Assembly (NCBI GenBank): GCA_951406725.2
Contig: OX597838.1
Coordinates: 27,156,001 to 27,220,000 of the forward strand
Direction of reading: 5' to 3'
DNA: 64,000 nt
Source: Octopus vulgaris
Lineage: Eukaryota
Shown here: positions 61,245 to 64,000 of the stretch, in pieces
Layout: each line of letters opens with the position of its first letter
Position numbering within the stretch: the stretch's first letter is position 1
Program-made: the position numbers and the translations under genes
Notes under the pieces: model-generated
Databases searched by the model: none
Told to the model about the DNA's origin: nothing
The model's input: only the letters and a program-made list of their open reading frames with translations

Positions 61245-62585
61245 GATTGCGTACACGCCTATATAATTTAAATAGAGAGTTGAAATATATTTTTATGTAT
61301 GTGCAAAGTGTCTTTTAAGTAATTATTTGGCTGGCAGGTTGTTTGCTAATTGTTTGAAATATTTATTGTGTGTTTGCGGATGCCTGTGGTGCAGCCGGGT
61401 TTCCGATATCAAGGCCTCCTACAGTGATAATATGAGCCGACGAGCTAGTATTTGGCTATTGCTTCAATAGGAACATGAACCCACAATCATTTTAATAGCT
61501 ATTTTAGCGGTTTCTAAACGTTATTATCCCGACACTGTTTCCTGCAAAGATTCTTCTTTAAAATGTGTCGGTTTAAAACAGTTTTAGCGTTGAAGAGAAC
61601 TTTGATTGCTCTGGTAATATCATCACTTTTGTTAAGTTTCGTTTTGTTGTTATCGTCTTACACACCTAAAGTGATGGCATGACAGAGATTGCTAAAGACT
61701 CAGATTAAATAGCTCTGTATGGTGTTTGTTATTCTGTTATTCTGTTTTTTCCTCCTTCTTCTTCTCCCTCTGCAATTCTGAGTTGCAGTCCCATGGGAAT
61801 TCACATTGTCATTCATCATTGTAGTGTTGATAGAGTAACTCCTGAAACCAGCAATACGGAGGTGTCATCATGATTTAATTTTTGCTTATGCAAAGCATTG
61901 CAAGTGATGGAAATTGGGGGCGGAGTGGCCGCAGGGAGATACATGGTGATACTTCTGTGTGATGTAGTGAATCGATCTTCTATTTTGTTACATTCTTTGG
62001 ATTGTGGCCATGCTGGGGCACTGCTCTGAATGGTTTAGTCAGATAAATCAACCCAGTTCTTATCTTTTAAGTCTGGTACTTATTCTATCAGTTTCTTTTG
62101 CTGACCTGCTAAGTTTTGGGGATGAAAACAAATCAACACCAGTTTGTGAAACAGTGAGGGACAAACACTAAGGCACACACACACAAACACACACACACAC
62201 ACATGATGGGCTTCCGTACAGTTTTCATCTTCCACCAAGGCGCTGTACAAGTGTCTTCTACTATAGCTATGAAGTGACCAAAGCCTTGTGAGTGGATTTG
62301 GTTGATGGAAACTGAGAGAAGCCTGGCATGTGTATATGTGTATGTATGTGTGTGTGTGAATTAGTATTTCCTTTGCTGTCATTGGTTTGTAAACAATGGC
62401 TTCTTGATGGTATCATTTGCATACAGCCCACTACAAAAGCATGTCTGAGCTTCTTGGCCTGTTTCTTGATCCTTGTAAACAAAGGGCTTGTTTACATGGT
62501 GTTGTCTGTTTCCACTTCTCCGCATAAAACACATCTGGGCTACTTGTTGTTCAGCAGACAGGGTGATTATACCTTCCTTTGTAAA

Positions 62586-62821
62586 AGGCGGCGAGCTGGC
62601 AGACACGTTAGTGTGCCGGGCGAAATGCTTAGCTGTATTTCGTCTGTCGTTACGTTCTGAGTTCAAATTCCGCCGAGGTCAACTTTACCTTTCATCCTTT
62701 CGGGGGTTGATAAACAGAGTACCAGTTACGCACTGGGGTCGATGTAATCGACTTAATCCCTTTGTCTGTCCTTGTTTGTCCCCTCCTCTGTGTGTAGCCT
62801 CTTGTGGGCAGTAAAGAAATA
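62586..62821 (+). mobile_element. SINE family B full-length monomer with 18-bp TSD
   Basis: TATACCTTCCTTTGTAAA at 62568-62585 and 62822-62839; A/B-box-like TGGCAGACACG and GAGTTCAAATTCC. Confidence 0.85.
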
Positions 62822-63404
62822 TATACCTTCCTTTGTAAATAATAGGATTTTTGTGACAAGAAGGGCACCTGGCTCTGTAAACTCTGCCCCAGTGTACTTT
62901 CATCCAACCCATGCAAGTATGGGAAAGTAAATATTAAAATGGTGATGATAATAAAAATGATGAGACTAACTCATCCAGAGCAATGGGTCTGTAACAATGC
63001 CCCCAGCTGAAACCTTATCAACTAATCTAAGTAACATTATTTTCATTCGAAAGTTAATTCATATCTTTTGCTTCTTCACCATCTTTCTCCAGTAATTAAA
63101 ATAAAGATTTACGTCATTAAGTCTCGTATTCTGTACTTCCTCCTTCTTTTGTGACGGCATTAACATACTTTCCATTCGCCCTTCTTTTCATTTTTCGTTT
63201 AATTCATTCTTTTATCTTTTGTTTGTTTCTGTCAATTGAACTATGGACATACCGGAGTCCCGCCTTAAAGGGTTTAGTCGAACAAATTGGCTCCAGGGTT
63301 TTACTTTCTCAAAGTCTGGTGCTTGTTCTATTGCTCTTTTCTTGCCAAACCGATAAGTTGCTGGGATGTAAACAAACCAACAATAGTTGTAAGTGGTGTA
63401 AGCG

Positions 63405-64000
63405 AGAACAAGCTCAATGCCACACACACACATATGGGGGAACAAGCTCAAAGACACACACACATGTAAGGAGGAAGAAGCTCAAAGACACACTCACGCA
63501 CACACACACATACACACACATATGGTGGGGAGCAATCTCAAAGACACACACACACATATGGTGGGAACAATCTCAAAGACACACACACACACACACACAC
63601 AAACACATATGGTGGGGAACAATCTCAAAGACACACACACACACATATGGTGGGGAACAATCTCAAAGACACACACACACACACACATATGGTGGGGAAC
63701 AATCTCAAAGACACACACACACACATATGGTGGGGAACAATCTCAAAGACACACACACACACACATGGTACGGAACAATCTCAAAGACACACACACGCAC
63801 ACATATGGTGGGGAACAATCTCAAAGACACACACACACATATGGTGGGGAACAATCTCAAAGACACACACACACACATGGTGGGGAACAATCTCAAAGAC
63901 ACACACACACATATGGTGGGGAACAATCTCAAAGACACACACACACACACACACATGGTGGGGAACAATCTCAAAGACACACACACACACACATACACAC
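63405..64000 (+). repeat. ~37-55 bp minisatellite GGTGGGGAACAATCTCAAAGA(CA)nTAT
   Basis: More than 12 units with a variable CA run; runs off the window end. Confidence 0.9.

Noticed and set aside
61330-61660. CpG-containing unique island that might be an exon or ncRNA
   Set aside because: No open frame with splice sites and no recognisable RNA motif; only a weak CCGACAC/GTGTCGG stem.

Overview
Eukaryotic, AT-rich, microsatellite-saturated, mostly non-coding DNA. The SINE families and overall texture point to an octopus/coleoid cephalopod genome (my recognition, not a database result). Almost all ORFs in the supplied track are microsatellite or SINE artefacts. Real coding signal is limited to decayed retroelements: a near full-length R4/Dong-type RT + restriction-like-endonuclease LINE (23.6-27.6 kb) sitting among four further 3' fragments in (TAA)n tracts, several RTE 3' ends (one with three C2H2-like fingers), and an internally deleted Gypsy LTR element with a 5-bp TSD. 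There are also many tRNA-derived SINEs and piggyBac-, hAT- and Tc1/mariner-type MITEs. The main signal missed by the ORF track is a dense set of type I hammerhead-ribozyme (HHR) motifs from several unrelated families, usually next to (TA)n. They include two diverged 360-bp tandem/inverted arrays whose long flanking stem covaries (5.3-7.2 kb; one has a U3-A8 compensated core) and a 533-bp tandem array (52.1-54.0 kb). These look like Penelope-associated, retrozyme-like self-cleaving RNA elements. A CpG-retaining domain (~36.7-51.7 kb) contains two promoter/first-exon-like regions, two candidate 12-nt micro-exons and SINE multimers. All structures were folded and aligned by eye.
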